Sequence record: MZ501268.1
Length of the DNA stretch: 64,000 nt
Direction: 5' to 3' (one strand)
In this document: in pieces, positions 8,777 through 18,027 of the stretch
How positions within the stretch are numbered: position 1 is the stretch's first letter
How the letters are laid out: every line of letters begins with the position of its first letter
Translations under genes and position numbers: made by a program
The notes under the pieces: model-generated
Database searches by the model: none
What the model was told of the DNA's origin: nothing
Seen by the model: the letters and a program-made list of their open reading frames with translations, nothing else

Positions 8777-9067
8777 ATGAAATGGTACGAACGATTGGTA
8801 AACAGTCCTGGCCTTCGTATATTGGGGGCCATCACCATGGCCTTCCTCTGGACTGCGTTTCTACTGCACCAATATTCACTGGGTCTTGATCTCGCACTGG
8901 GTATCATCTCATTGCTGATGGTGTTCAACCTGCGTGACTACATGAAAGACTTTAACCACGGTGTTTCCACAAAGCACGACTTCGCAGGCTGGTTGATTCT
9001 TAACCTGGCTGCTACTGCGGTGGTTGCGTCAGTGGTTAATGTGCTGTTTCTCCTGCATCAACTCTAA
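8777..9067 (+). CDS. small multi-pass membrane protein
   Basis: Three hydrophobic segments. Confidence 0.65.
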   Translation: MKWYERLVNSPGLRILGAITMAFLWTAFLLHQYSLGLDLALGIISLLMVFNLRDYMKDFNHGVSTKHDFAGWLILNLAATAVVASVVNVLFLLHQL

Positions 9068-9075
9068 GGTGACTT

Positions 9076-9657
9076 ATGTCGATCAAAAGTGAAGCAACCC
9101 GTAAGAGTATGTTCCTTTCATTAGTTCTGCGTCACCGACCTGAAGAGATCGGGATTGTGTTAGATGAGAATGGCTGGACAAAAGTGTCTGAGTTAATCTC
9201 AGGTGCTGCGATGACCGGGCGTTTCTATACTGTTCCGGAATTAGAGCAGATCGTCGCCACTGACGAGAAGCTGCGTTATCAACTCAGTGATGACAATGAA
9301 TACATCCGTGCAGTCCAAGGTCACTCGCACGAAAGTGTAATGGCGATGACCTTTGAGTTGCTAACACCGCCAGCGAAACTGTATCACGGTACTCCAGCTG
9401 CGAATGCTGAGAGCATCGAAGACAAAGGGATCCTGCGTGGTAAGCGTTTATATGTCCACCTTACGGAGGATGTTGATACGGCTTGGCGTGCAGCGGTACG
9501 CAGACGTTCTGCTGGGGTAGTTTACCAAGTAGACACTGCTAAGATGATGCGCATGGGTCACGTGTTCTATCGTGCTGAGAACGGTGTTTGGTTAACCAAA
9601 CGTGTTCCTTTCTCCGCCACTGGCTTGGTTGACTCACATGAAGAGAACGGTGCCTGA
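9076..9657 (+). CDS. kptA: RNA 2'-phosphotransferase (Tpt1/KptA)
   Basis: LSLVLRH, DENGW, KLRYQ, IRAVQGHS, LYHGT, RLYVHL, AENGVWL motifs. Confidence 0.92.
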   Translation: MSIKSEATRKSMFLSLVLRHRPEEIGIVLDENGWTKVSELISGAAMTGRFYTVPELEQIVATDEKLRYQLSDDNEYIRAVQGHSHESVMAMTFELLTPPAKLYHGTPAANAESIEDKGILRGKRLYVHLTEDVDTAWRAAVRRRSAGVVYQVDTAKMMRMGHVFYRAENGVWLTKRVPFSATGLVDSHEENGA

Positions 9658-9919
9658 ATGGTGGCATACACCGATGTTACCGATTGGTATCATGATGGTG
9701 TGGTTAGGGTATGTAATTGGTTGTCAGTATCTGCAGTTCTGGTCGAACGTTTGTGTTGCGATCATCTGCGGGGGTATTTCCTATCAGCAATGCTTGTCGT
9801 CGCTAAAACTTCGTAAAAATACCGTAAGTTGGTTTATTCGTTGGAATACTTACGGTATTGTCGCGATGTTTGGCATCGGGTTCATGCTTGCTGCAATTTA
9901 TTTAGGTGGAGTAAAATAA
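9602..9919 (+). CDS. membrane protein
   Basis: Three hydrophobic helices; true start is probably later, near the Tpt1 stop. Confidence 0.6.
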   Translation: MFLSPPLAWLTHMKRTVPEWWHTPMLPIGIMMVWLGYVIGCQYLQFWSNVCVAIICGGISYQQCLSSLKLRKNTVSWFIRWNTYGIVAMFGIGFMLAAIYLGGVK

Positions 9920-10186
9920 GTGAAAAGTAAAACAGGCGGGTCATTGACGCGGACTTTGATGGTTGCGTTTGGTGTGTACATCGCGGGAGTGTTTACCTTG
10001 ATGGTTTCTTTATCGGGGGAAGATAACACGCGGGTGATAACTGACAACTATGATAAGACGAGTATCGATAACTCGCCTGAGTTTATTTTGACAGATCGGG
10101 GTAATGGATGTAGATACGTTTATGACTCGGTCCAAAAGACTTCTCATACGGCAGCAGGTTACGATAACTGCTCGCCATTGAAATAG
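9920..10186 (+). CDS. membrane-anchored hypothetical protein
   Basis: GTG start after RBS GGAG; N-terminal TM; GNGCRY..NC motif. Confidence 0.6.
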   Translation: MKSKTGGSLTRTLMVAFGVYIAGVFTLMVSLSGEDNTRVITDNYDKTSIDNSPEFILTDRGNGCRYVYDSVQKTSHTAAGYDNCSPLK

Positions 10187-10194
10187 GTAATTTC

Positions 10195-10686
10195 ATGACT
10201 AATAATTTAACCAGCTTTATGAGAAATAACATCTGCACCTTAACCGTGGTCTGGCAACGGATGGGCGGGGCATATTGCGCGTTTCTCTCTGCCGAAGACC
10301 ATGCCGAAGCAATGGCAAGCGACGCAGGCGGTAAGTATGATGACCACGATAATCTGTCATACGGTCTGTTCCACACCGATTGGTTCCCGGTGGGATTTGG
10401 TGAAACTCCCCAGGAGGCCATTGATGCACTGGAAGAACGCATAACCAACCTCACCAATGACCCTGACGACAGTGAAGGGATTGTTTATAATCGCCTGTTT
10501 AACACGTTGGTGTGTCGTACCTACAGGGAAACAGGGACCGGGTACTTTACCTTGCAACCTGGTTTTTTCCCGGATGCTATTCCTGACTGGCTGAAGTCGT
10601 TCAGTAAGATTGATGAAGACCTTATCAGCAGCTACGCAAAACACGTGCCGATCAAACAGGACTCGGGTTGGACGCCACTAGAATAG
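10195..10686 (+). CDS. hypothetical protein
   Basis: 163-aa ORF in operon. Confidence 0.7.
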   Translation: MTNNLTSFMRNNICTLTVVWQRMGGAYCAFLSAEDHAEAMASDAGGKYDDHDNLSYGLFHTDWFPVGFGETPQEAIDALEERITNLTNDPDDSEGIVYNRLFNTLVCRTYRETGTGYFTLQPGFFPDAIPDWLKSFSKIDEDLISSYAKHVPIKQDSGWTPLE

Positions 10687-10698
10687 GTAAGCTGCCCC

Positions 10699-10800
10699 AT
10701 GAAAACTATCTGTGCGTTGGTGCTAAGTGGCGTGTTTACACTGGTAACTATCTCAGCTGCGGTGATAGCCAGAGTCGTTTACATTAATTACTTCATGTAG
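10699..10800 (+). CDS. 33-aa hydrophobic mini-protein (MKTICALVLSGVFTLVTISAAVIARVVYINYFM)
   Basis: Hand-translated; fills the gap between operon genes; AGGT upstream. Confidence 0.55.
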   Translation: MKTICALVLSGVFTLVTISAAVIARVVYINYFM

Positions 10801-10810
10801 CGGGGACGAT

Positions 10811-11080
10811 ATGAAGCCTGAAACAGTTAAACTAATGGGGGTGGTGCCTCTGGCCTTCTTCATTATCGGTATGACTTCTTTCCCGACTCATGCTGCGGAT
10901 ACTACAGTTAGCCCTCACTGTGTTGCTATTTCCAATGACAGTACAATTACTACACAATGCGACGATGGAACTGTCGTGATTACCAACACGGCGACATCGA
11001 CCGTGATGGTTTGTCATGTGAGCGAAACAACCCACGGCTTACCGCAATGTATAAAAGACCGTGTTGTCAATTCTAATTAA
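10811..11080 (+). CDS. small secreted Cys-containing protein
   Basis: Signal-peptide-like N-terminus ending THA-A; four Cys. Confidence 0.6.
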   Translation: MKPETVKLMGVVPLAFFIIGMTSFPTHAADTTVSPHCVAISNDSTITTQCDDGTVVITNTATSTVMVCHVSETTHGLPQCIKDRVVNSN

Positions 11081-11103
11081 CGTTATTTCTCGGAGTCCCA
11101 ACC

Positions 11104-12234
11104 ATGCAGTATAGTACTTTTAACACCACCAAGAATGATCAGCTGGCAGAACCCATGTTTCTGGGGCAATCAGTTAATGTCAGCCGTTATGACCAACAAA
11201 AATACCCTATCTTTGAGCAATTGATAGAGAAACAATTGTCGTTCTTCTGGCGACCTGAAGAGGTTGACGTCTCTAAAGACCGTATTGACTTCCAGGGTTT
11301 ACCGGATCACGAGAAACATATCTTTGTTTCTAACCTGAAGTATCAAACGTTGCTGGACTCCATTCAGGGTCGTTCACCAAACGTGGCGTTGCTGCCGATC
11401 TGTTCTATCCCGGAACTCGAAACCTGGATCGAAACCTGGTCGTTCTCTGAGACCATCCACTCACGTTCGTATACCCACATCATCCGTAACATCTTTACTG
11501 ATCCAAGTATTGTGTTTGATGACATCGTGACTAACGAACACATCAAAGCCCGTGCCGAGTCAGTCACTGAGTACTACGACCAGTTGATCGAACTGACCAT
11601 GTACTACAACCTGCTGGGCGAAGGCACACACAGCGTCAACGGTAAGAAAGTTGAAGTGTCACTGCGTGCACTGAAACGTCTGCTGTATTTGTGTGTCGTG
11701 TCAGTCAACGTACTGGAAGCCATCCGCTTCTATGTCTCGTTTGCCTGCTCGTTCGCATTTGCAGAACGTGAACTGATGGAAGGTAACGCAAAGCTCATTA
11801 AGATGATCGCGCGTGATGAAGCCCTGCACTTGACTGGCACCCAACACATGATCATGCTGCTGAAGTCTGGCGCTGATGATGCCGAGATGGCCGAGATCGT
11901 TAAAGAGTGTGAAGCAGAAACATACGCACTCTTTAAAGACGCTGCAGAGCAAGAGAAAGACTGGGCGGGTTATCTGTTCCAAGATGGTTCGATGATTGGT
12001 CTGAACAAAGAGATCGTGTGCCAGTACATCGAATACATCACCAACATTCGTCTGCGCGCTATCGGTCTGGATGTTATCTATAAGACCAATGCTAACCCAA
12101 TTCCATGGATCAATTCCTGGTTGGTCTCTGACAACGTGCAACAGGCGCCTCAAGAATCTGAGATTACATCCTACCTGGTAGGTCAGATCGATTCAACGGT
12201 CGAAAAAGATGCATTCGACGATTTCCAACTGTAA
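11104..12234 (+). CDS. nrdB: class Ia ribonucleotide reductase beta subunit
   Basis: Close to enterobacterial NrdB: [62 protein letters not shown]. Confidence 0.97.
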   Translation: MQYSTFNTTKNDQLAEPMFLGQSVNVSRYDQQKYPIFEQLIEKQLSFFWRPEEVDVSKDRIDFQGLPDHEKHIFVSNLKYQTLLDSIQGRSPNVALLPICSIPELETWIETWSFSETIHSRSYTHIIRNIFTDPSIVFDDIVTNEHIKARAESVTEYYDQLIELTMYYNLLGEGTHSVNGKKVEVSLRALKRLLYLCVVSVNVLEAIRFYVSFACSFAFAERELMEGNAKLIKMIARDEALHLTGTQHMIMLLKSGADDAEMAEIVKECEAETYALFKDAAEQEKDWAGYLFQDGSMIGLNKEIVCQYIEYITNIRLRAIGLDVIYKTNANPIPWINSWLVSDNVQQAPQESEITSYLVGQIDSTVEKDAFDDFQL

Positions 12235-12241
12235 TCAATGG

Positions 12242-12265
12242 GCACCCATGCTTCGGTGTGGGTGC
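12242..12265 (+). terminator. intrinsic terminator
   Basis: GCACCCAT..CTTCGG..GTGGGTGC hairpin plus TTTATT. Confidence 0.65.
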
Positions 12266-12283
12266 TTTATTAATGAGGGTGCT

Positions 12284-12880
12284 ATGGTAACAGATGAGCT
12301 GTGTATCCGGGTGTCTGATCGTGAAGAGATTGTCGGGATGTCGGGCATTAACCATTTGCCTCTACTCGAAGTAGAGGAAGGGCTGTTCCATGTTCTGTTG
12401 TGTCGACTTGATGGCATGTCAATAACCCGTTCTTTTATGCATTATAATCTGGATCTGTGTTTTACGGATCATTATGGTTTTATCAGCAGTAAGCAACCTT
12501 TTACTGAAGTTAACGGAAACTCACGTGTCAAAGAAAATTTACGGCTAAAGAAACAAGTTACCCGTGAACAACTTGAAAACATTATGGTTTCCATTAACCC
12601 TGACTTCGCCGGATTCATCCTTGATAGTGTGTCCATTGAAAACGGGCTTGTCTATGGACTGGTGAGAACGGCTGACAGCCTGGGCGGAAGAGCGCTGCTT
12701 TTAGCAATTCGTGACCCGGCTCCTGATCAAGCCGCGATTCTCTTTGGTGTGCGGTATCTCTGTACCTCAACAATCGCTGAGGGTGTAGAGTATTCCGATA
12801 TCAAAAAGATATGCGCTTATGACACGGCCATACTCAGCCGTCAAGAACTGATTAACCGACGCAATGGGAACATTGGGTAA
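12284..12880 (+). CDS. hypothetical protein
   Basis: Start moved to ATG 12284 (RBS GAGGGT, after the terminator). Confidence 0.65.
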   Translation: MVTDELCIRVSDREEIVGMSGINHLPLLEVEEGLFHVLLCRLDGMSITRSFMHYNLDLCFTDHYGFISSKQPFTEVNGNSRVKENLRLKKQVTREQLENIMVSINPDFAGFILDSVSIENGLVYGLVRTADSLGGRALLLAIRDPAPDQAAILFGVRYLCTSTIAEGVEYSDIKKICAYDTAILSRQELINRRNGNIG

Positions 12881-13498
12881 ATGAAAAGAACAAAAAATAT
12901 AAAGCACGATCGTTTTCGTAAGGCATGGAAATTTACACGGGTCTCGATGGCGTTGATGGTCGTCTCGGGTTCGTTCTACCTGGTCGGGTGTGATGAAGCA
13001 TCTGATCAGCATGTTGCAATGTATCAGAACGCGGATGATTGTTCACGGGCTAATCCATCGCAGAAAGAGCAGTGTTTTAAATCGTATCAGAATGCAGTGG
13101 CTGAAGCAGATCGCACAGGCCCTAAATACAGCAATCAGGCGGACTGTCAGAAGGACTTCAGCGATGAGCAGTGTCATCAGTCAAGTTCCTCATCTGGATC
13201 GCACTGGGTGCCGTATATGTACGGTTACATGTATGGATCAAGTGGATCCTACAGCCAACCACTGTATTCATCCAATCGTCCGGGTAGCTCGATGTATAAG
13301 CAGACCTACGATGCAGCCGGCAACAATTACGGTAGTGCGGTATCAGGTCGTTATCTCAGTACCACTCGCAGTAACCTTGCTCCGAAGCCTTCGTCCACAA
13401 CGATTACCCGTGGGGGATTTGGTGCAACGGTTGCCAGGGTTAGTAGCGCACACTTCTCGTCCAGTCACAGCAGTGGCGGACATTCATTCGGCGGATAA
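12881..13498 (+). CDS. ygiB: YgiB/DUF1190 family lipoprotein
   Basis: MKRTKNI..FRK, lipobox LVGC, YQNADDCS..NP, EA.RTGPKY...DC..F..QC, YSQPLYSS, TTTITRGGFG; recognisably like E. coli YgiB. Confidence 0.9.
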   Translation: MKRTKNIKHDRFRKAWKFTRVSMALMVVSGSFYLVGCDEASDQHVAMYQNADDCSRANPSQKEQCFKSYQNAVAEADRTGPKYSNQADCQKDFSDEQCHQSSSSSGSHWVPYMYGYMYGSSGSYSQPLYSSNRPGSSMYKQTYDAAGNNYGSAVSGRYLSTTRSNLAPKPSSTTITRGGFGATVARVSSAHFSSSHSSGGHSFGG

Positions 13499-13507
13499 GG
13501 ATCTGCA

Positions 13508-14026
13508 ATGCAAATTAAAGGCATCCCTGAAAAGTTTGAAGACCTTTGTGAACTCATTGTTAAACTTGGTTTTGTCGATGCAACGGTTGAAAAGACCACT
13601 GAACTTTTGTGGCAGTCTGTAGAAGATCACGGCTACACCCATCGGTGGGATGATCCAGATCAAGAGATGGTTTCAACGGATCGTTGGTTTGCCCGAGTGG
13701 AAGAATTGAAGATGGTGTTCAATTCTGATGTGATCGCCCTGTTAGTTGACTGGTCGATCATGACTGGGCGTATGAGCCAGTACCATGATGACATTAATTA
13801 TCAGCAACATTGTCGCAACTGGCTGGCTTCGCAAATTGGCGTTAAGCTGAAGCTTGATGATGAGGGTGTTACTGAAACGACCCTGCACCCGCCGGTCTAT
13901 CGCTATCTTCAGGGCGGTAAGATCTTTGTTATTAATACCGCTACTTCTGGGAATAGTGGTGGCATCAACTATTACACCATGTCATTAGAGGAGTTTGTCA
14001 ACGATGGACAAAAAGTACATCCCTGA
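13508..14026 (+). CDS. hypothetical protein
   Basis: 172-aa ORF with RBS AAGGA. Confidence 0.7.
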   Translation: MQIKGIPEKFEDLCELIVKLGFVDATVEKTTELLWQSVEDHGYTHRWDDPDQEMVSTDRWFARVEELKMVFNSDVIALLVDWSIMTGRMSQYHDDINYQQHCRNWLASQIGVKLKLDDEGVTETTLHPPVYRYLQGGKIFVINTATSGNSGGINYYTMSLEEFVNDGQKVHP

Positions 14027-14294
14027 TAAATTGCGGGTTGGGACTACAGGCTATGTCCTGTACCATGATTTCGTTTTAAAACAGGATCTTACCTTCGCTG
14101 AAGTTGCGCGTCGCATGGGGACTCATCCAGCAACTGTGAGCGACCTCATCGATAACTGTCGTAATATCACGGATGCGATGGCGGATAAACTTGTCACGGC
14201 ATTCCCGGAAACCACTCCGGAGTTCTGGAAAGGACATAAACCTAACAAACTACGTCACCATAAAGGCAAAGCTGAAGCTGATCGCTACTGGTGA
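13995..14294 (+). CDS. higA: HigA/VapI-like XRE HTH protein (orphan antitoxin-like)
   Basis: LTFAEVARRMGTHPATVSDLIDNCRNITDAMADKLVTAF..TPEFW; likely start ATG 14004. Confidence 0.7.
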   Translation: MSTMDKKYIPDKLRVGTTGYVLYHDFVLKQDLTFAEVARRMGTHPATVSDLIDNCRNITDAMADKLVTAFPETTPEFWKGHKPNKLRHHKGKAEADRYW

Positions 14295-14491
14295 TTCACA
14301 AACACGGGGGGGGTGCAAAGATCATGCCAACTCAACAAGAGATTAATGCCTTTTCTGATCGGGTAAAACAACGCGATCGTGAACGTATGAAAATTGTTGG
14401 TTATACATTAACCGTACTGCCACTTGACAAAGTGGAAGCAGTAAATCCATTAACGAAACAGCACAAGTTACCGGAGGTGCCTCATGGGTAA
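14291..14491 (+). CDS. small hypothetical protein
   Basis: Fills the gap between the HigA-like genes with overlapping start/stop; likely start ATG 14324. Confidence 0.55.
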   Translation: MIHKHGGGAKIMPTQQEINAFSDRVKQRDRERMKIVGYTLTVLPLDKVEAVNPLTKQHKLPEVPHG

Positions 14492-14771
14492 GGTCAAAGA
14501 GCTTCTGTATCGTAAACGTTCCACTCCAGGCGAGATCCTGAAGTTGGAATACATGGAACCACTGAACCTCAATGTGGAAGCCACGGCTAAACTACTCAAA
14601 GTCGGTAAGTCTACCGTCAGTCGGGTAGTGAATGGCCGTTGTCGTTTAAGTGCCAAGCTTGCCGGTAAGCTGGCTAAAGCGTTCGGCACCACACCAGACT
14701 TCTGGATGAACTTTGCGGATAACTGCACGAATCCGTACGATCATCTGAAGCGTCGTGGTTGGTATCGATGA
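14484..14771 (+). CDS. higA: HigA family addiction-module antidote-like protein
   Basis: TPGEILKLEYMEPLNL...AKLLKVGKSTVSRVVNGRCRLSAKLAGKLAKAFGTTPDFWMN. Confidence 0.88.
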   Translation: MGKVKELLYRKRSTPGEILKLEYMEPLNLNVEATAKLLKVGKSTVSRVVNGRCRLSAKLAGKLAKAFGTTPDFWMNFADNCTNPYDHLKRRGWYR

Positions 14772-14989
14772 ACATAGATGGTCACATCTATGAAGTGGAA
14801 GTGGGTGTTACTTACCTTTCACCTTCCGGACTTCCTTTTGAAGTTCTGTATATCGCAGCACACGGTCAAGACTGTACCGTCCCGATGATCATTTATCGTA
14901 ATCTAACAGCAACTTACGATAAACCAATCGGGCAGATCTGGACAACATCTGAGTCTTTGTTCTTAAAACAATTCCGCGTAGCTCCGTGA
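14759..14989 (+). CDS. DUF1653-like small protein
   Basis: FEVLYIAAH..MIIYRNL..IWTTSESLF pattern; likely start 14768. Confidence 0.5.
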   Translation: MVSMNIDGHIYEVEVGVTYLSPSGLPFEVLYIAAHGQDCTVPMIIYRNLTATYDKPIGQIWTTSESLFLKQFRVAP

Positions 14990-15033
14990 TGGTATGGTGG
15001 CAGACCGCCACTTAATCATGCAGAGGTAAGCGC

Positions 15034-15345
15034 ATGTCCACGAACGAACCTTTTGTTGTCTCGGATCAAGCCATTATCGATGCCATTCTTGATTACACCC
15101 GTCGTCACTCTGAATCCTGTCCGGTTGCCTATGACCCCAGCGCGTCTGAAGCAGAACGATTAGGTCAGGAAATGAGGATTGTTCGGTGGTTTCAAGACAC
15201 CCGCCATGTGGTCGACTTTGTTTGTCAGCGCCCTGGCTTTTCGGGACTTAATGTGCTGAAGCTTGCAGTCCAGGCAATGGAGGCAGAAGTCATTGCTCGG
15301 GCTGGTACTTCACCACACACCCCTAACTTAACCTGTAAAGAATAA
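15034..15345 (+). CDS. hypothetical protein
   Basis: RBS GAGGT; 103 aa. Confidence 0.65.
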   Translation: MSTNEPFVVSDQAIIDAILDYTRRHSESCPVAYDPSASEAERLGQEMRIVRWFQDTRHVVDFVCQRPGFSGLNVLKLAVQAMEAEVIARAGTSPHTPNLTCKE

Positions 15346-15358
15346 AAAGGCTACACAC

Positions 15359-15598
15359 ATGCAATTACAAGAACTGGTGAAATGCATCCGTCCTGGAGAT
15401 CAGATCACGAACGAGTCATGGCCAACTGGTCGTACTTTTACTGTGTCAACGGAATTCATGAAATTCCACACAGGTCGTGGTATTGATACTCATGAACGTA
15501 ACTCCTGTCCATCAGGTACTTACGACGGTTGGTCAGTTGCAGGTCTCTACCCGACTGCACTGAGCTTGCAAGCATCAGCCACAACCCCTGTAATGTAA
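15359..15598 (+). CDS. hypothetical protein
   Basis: RBS AAGG; 79 aa. Confidence 0.55.
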   Translation: MQLQELVKCIRPGDQITNESWPTGRTFTVSTEFMKFHTGRGIDTHERNSCPSGTYDGWSVAGLYPTALSLQASATTPVM

Positions 15599-15610
15599 AG
15601 AGGAAGTAGA

Positions 15611-16015
15611 ATGATCTCGATCAAGGATACGCAAGACGACTCGTCGTTTAATGACGAACTGAAAGCCAAGTTGGTTGAGCTGTTGCCGGAAGATAACACC
15701 GGTATTGCTCACACCTACGAATTTACCGATAACGCCGAAGAGAACCCTTTCGAAGGTTACCTGATCATTAGCTCACCAACGCTGATGTACCAGTTCATTC
15801 GCACCACGAAGAATGATGACGGCGAAACCGAACATAACTACATGGGTCAGTATGTCCCGACTGTTGATGGTGGTGTTATGCCTGAGAACGGTCTGGGTCA
15901 GAACCTCAGCGATGGTGTCGGTGATCGTGTTGCTGAATTCGAAACCGTACTGCGTTCATTCCACCGTAAGGTGTTAGAGCGTCTTGGTCAGCCTGTGCCT
16001 GGTCAAACACTGTAA
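15611..16015 (+). CDS. hypothetical acidic protein (paralog of 16918..17319)
   Basis: RBS GAGGA; PFEGYLIISSPTLMYQF. Confidence 0.7.
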   Translation: MISIKDTQDDSSFNDELKAKLVELLPEDNTGIAHTYEFTDNAEENPFEGYLIISSPTLMYQFIRTTKNDDGETEHNYMGQYVPTVDGGVMPENGLGQNLSDGVGDRVAEFETVLRSFHRKVLERLGQPVPGQTL

Positions 16016-16020
16016 TTACC

Positions 16021-16051
16021 AGCCCGGGGGAAACCTCGGGCTATTATGCCG
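16021..16051 (+). terminator. hairpin + TTATGCCG terminator
   Basis: AGCCCGGGG-GAAA-CCTCGGGCT, then ATTATGCCG, then T-rich. Confidence 0.8.
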
Positions 16052-16122
16052 TCTTTTCTTTTTGTGTTGAAGATTACATAACCCCCACTTCATATACACA
16101 CTACCCTTTAAAGGAAATCATC

Positions 16123-16914
16123 ATGTCTGAACAGCAACCTAAGATTCCAACCCGATTGAAGATCAACGTCGCGGGTAACCACCCACTGCTTGCTACAGCA
16201 GCCGCAGCTGCAATCGCTGATGTGTTCACCAAATTGAACGTAGCCGGCGAGCGTCCGAGCCAGTGGTCTATCGACGGTGATTATGCTCAGCAACTTCTGC
16301 AAGAGCTTGCTGCAGACCAAAACAACACCATCGACGTTCACGCCGACCCATTGACAGTTGCAGTCATGCAGGGTAAAACCGAAGTGTGGGATTGGCCTAT
16401 CTGGAATAATCCAGACGAGCCATGGACAGCGCTGGTTACCGACGAACTTCGTGGCCTTTGGTCTTCTTTCACTTCAGTGCAAAAACGTGCGATTTATTAT
16501 ACCCTGACCGGTATGAACATCGTGGTTGAAGATGATGAAATGACTATTGCCAAGGCACAGGACATCATCAACGAATCTGAAGTCTATGTCGACCTGCGTA
16601 ATCCGCGTGAAGACGGTAGCTTTGCATCGGTAGTGGTTGACGGCAATGTCTATGCGGATGTGTTTGCCGCCATCGTCTTCCTGTATCAGAACGCCAGGGT
16701 TGAAGAACCGCTGCCGGCTGAAGAGATCACCAAAGAAGTGGTGTCGGGTCCGGCTGTAGATGCGAATGGTAAACCGATTGACTTTACGGTAGATCCTGAT
16801 GACCTTCCGTCAGTGAGCGCTGAGCAGCCAAGCTTTGCAGCGCCACAGGAAAATAACCCGGTATCATCCGGTAGTGTTACCCCTTACCACGGCAATGACT
16901 CTGTAGAGGATTAA
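16123..16914 (+). CDS. hypothetical acidic protein
   Basis: RBS AAGGA; 263 aa. Confidence 0.75.
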   Translation: MSEQQPKIPTRLKINVAGNHPLLATAAAAAIADVFTKLNVAGERPSQWSIDGDYAQQLLQELAADQNNTIDVHADPLTVAVMQGKTEVWDWPIWNNPDEPWTALVTDELRGLWSSFTSVQKRAIYYTLTGMNIVVEDDEMTIAKAQDIINESEVYVDLRNPREDGSFASVVVDGNVYADVFAAIVFLYQNARVEEPLPAEEITKEVVSGPAVDANGKPIDFTVDPDDLPSVSAEQPSFAAPQENNPVSSGSVTPYHGNDSVED

Positions 16915-16917
16915 TCC

Positions 16918-17319
16918 ATGCTCCCACGCTCTCAGCCTATCTCCATCTTTGATGTTGCTAACGTTCGCCTGACAGAAGAGTTAGTTGAACACTTCCGTAA
17001 AGACCTGAACGAAGCCGATAAGATCCACTCGGCCTATGCATTCAAAGATGGTTCGCGGTTCATTAAGCCTTTCAATGGCTTTCTGGTGGTTACGGGCCCT
17101 ATCCTGCAGTATCAGCTGTATAGTGGCAATGAAGCGATTACGGCTGATTGGGTGGGTTCCTTTACATACGACGGCGAAGGCAATGCCATCATCCCTGATG
17201 AAATGAAAACAGTCTTCACTGATGTGGATCGCAGCCGGGTAGCCCAATGGAAAGGCCTGGCGCAAGCATTACACTACGCTGTCTTAGAAGACATTAAACG
17301 AGGTGGGTATGGTCGATAA
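16918..17319 (+). CDS. hypothetical protein (paralog of 15611..16015)
   Basis: RBS GAGGA; PFNGFLVVTGPILQYQL. Confidence 0.7.
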   Translation: MLPRSQPISIFDVANVRLTEELVEHFRKDLNEADKIHSAYAFKDGSRFIKPFNGFLVVTGPILQYQLYSGNEAITADWVGSFTYDGEGNAIIPDEMKTVFTDVDRSRVAQWKGLAQALHYAVLEDIKRGGYGR

Positions 17320-18025
17320 ATCAGCACACGGGGATTGTCGTCCTCCGTTACCGCCTTATAAAGGTGGGATCTTTCTACGGGAAGGGAAGCAGGAAGCCGA
17401 GGCATTAATCGTTTGGCACCATGTCATGTCTACCACATGGGAATTATCTGCCGATGCTATCCCGGGCGAGTGTGCATTGCTTGTTCCCGATCATCAAATC
17501 TGGGCCTTTCATGACAACCTCTGGAGCCAGGATCTGCTTGGCACTGAACATGTCGCCAGATGCCGGCGAACAGGTGAATTCAATGCATTAGGGGTTAATT
17601 ACATTGATATCCCTAACCCAACTGAAGAAGCCGGTATCGTGTTCGGTGGTGAAGATCGTCGTGAATGGACTATCGGTAACTGGATTGCTCATTTAGGCGG
17701 GCGTATCAACGGCGCTGGTTATTTGGAGTTTGGTAGTGTGTACGCTTTCCATGCGATGCTTGTACAGATGTTGCGGGCTGACTTCAAAGGGGAAGAAGAA
17801 CTCCGGGTGACCATCGATGGTGGCGATGACAGCATGAAGGTAGTTGTCGCCATGTTGCTGGGTAGTGCGATGGGTGAGGGTGAATACACCCCAGGCCCTA
17901 ACCTGTTAGCATTAAAGGCAAAACTTGATCAGTTGCCTGGTGGTCTGGATAAGATCAAAGAGCGGGTTAGTCGTCTTGGTGACACACAGGTTATCATTGA
18001 TACACTGCCGCGGCGAAAGGGGTAG
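17303..18025 (+). CDS. hypothetical protein
   Basis: 240-aa ORF overlapping the upstream stop. Confidence 0.7.
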   Translation: MGMVDKSAHGDCRPPLPPYKGGIFLREGKQEAEALIVWHHVMSTTWELSADAIPGECALLVPDHQIWAFHDNLWSQDLLGTEHVARCRRTGEFNALGVNYIDIPNPTEEAGIVFGGEDRREWTIGNWIAHLGGRINGAGYLEFGSVYAFHAMLVQMLRADFKGEEELRVTIDGGDDSMKVVVAMLLGSAMGEGEYTPGPNLLALKAKLDQLPGGLDKIKERVSRLGDTQVIIDTLPRRKG

Positions 18026-18027
18026 GT

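Noticed and set aside
11104-12234. Intron, intein or homing endonuclease in nrdB (also checked by eye in uvsX, RNase H and the SNF2 helicase)
   Set aside because: ORFs are continuous, of expected length, with no splicing or LAGLIDADG/HNH motifs seen
14306-14313. G8 homopolymer between the HigA-like genes, considered as a phase-variation or frameshift site
   Set aside because: It lies at RBS distance from ATG 14324 and no downstream frame is rescued by slippage
13995-14989. Complete HigBA toxin-antitoxin module
   Set aside because: No RelE/HigB-like toxin sequence is recognisable in the flanking ORFs; reported as orphan antitoxins instead
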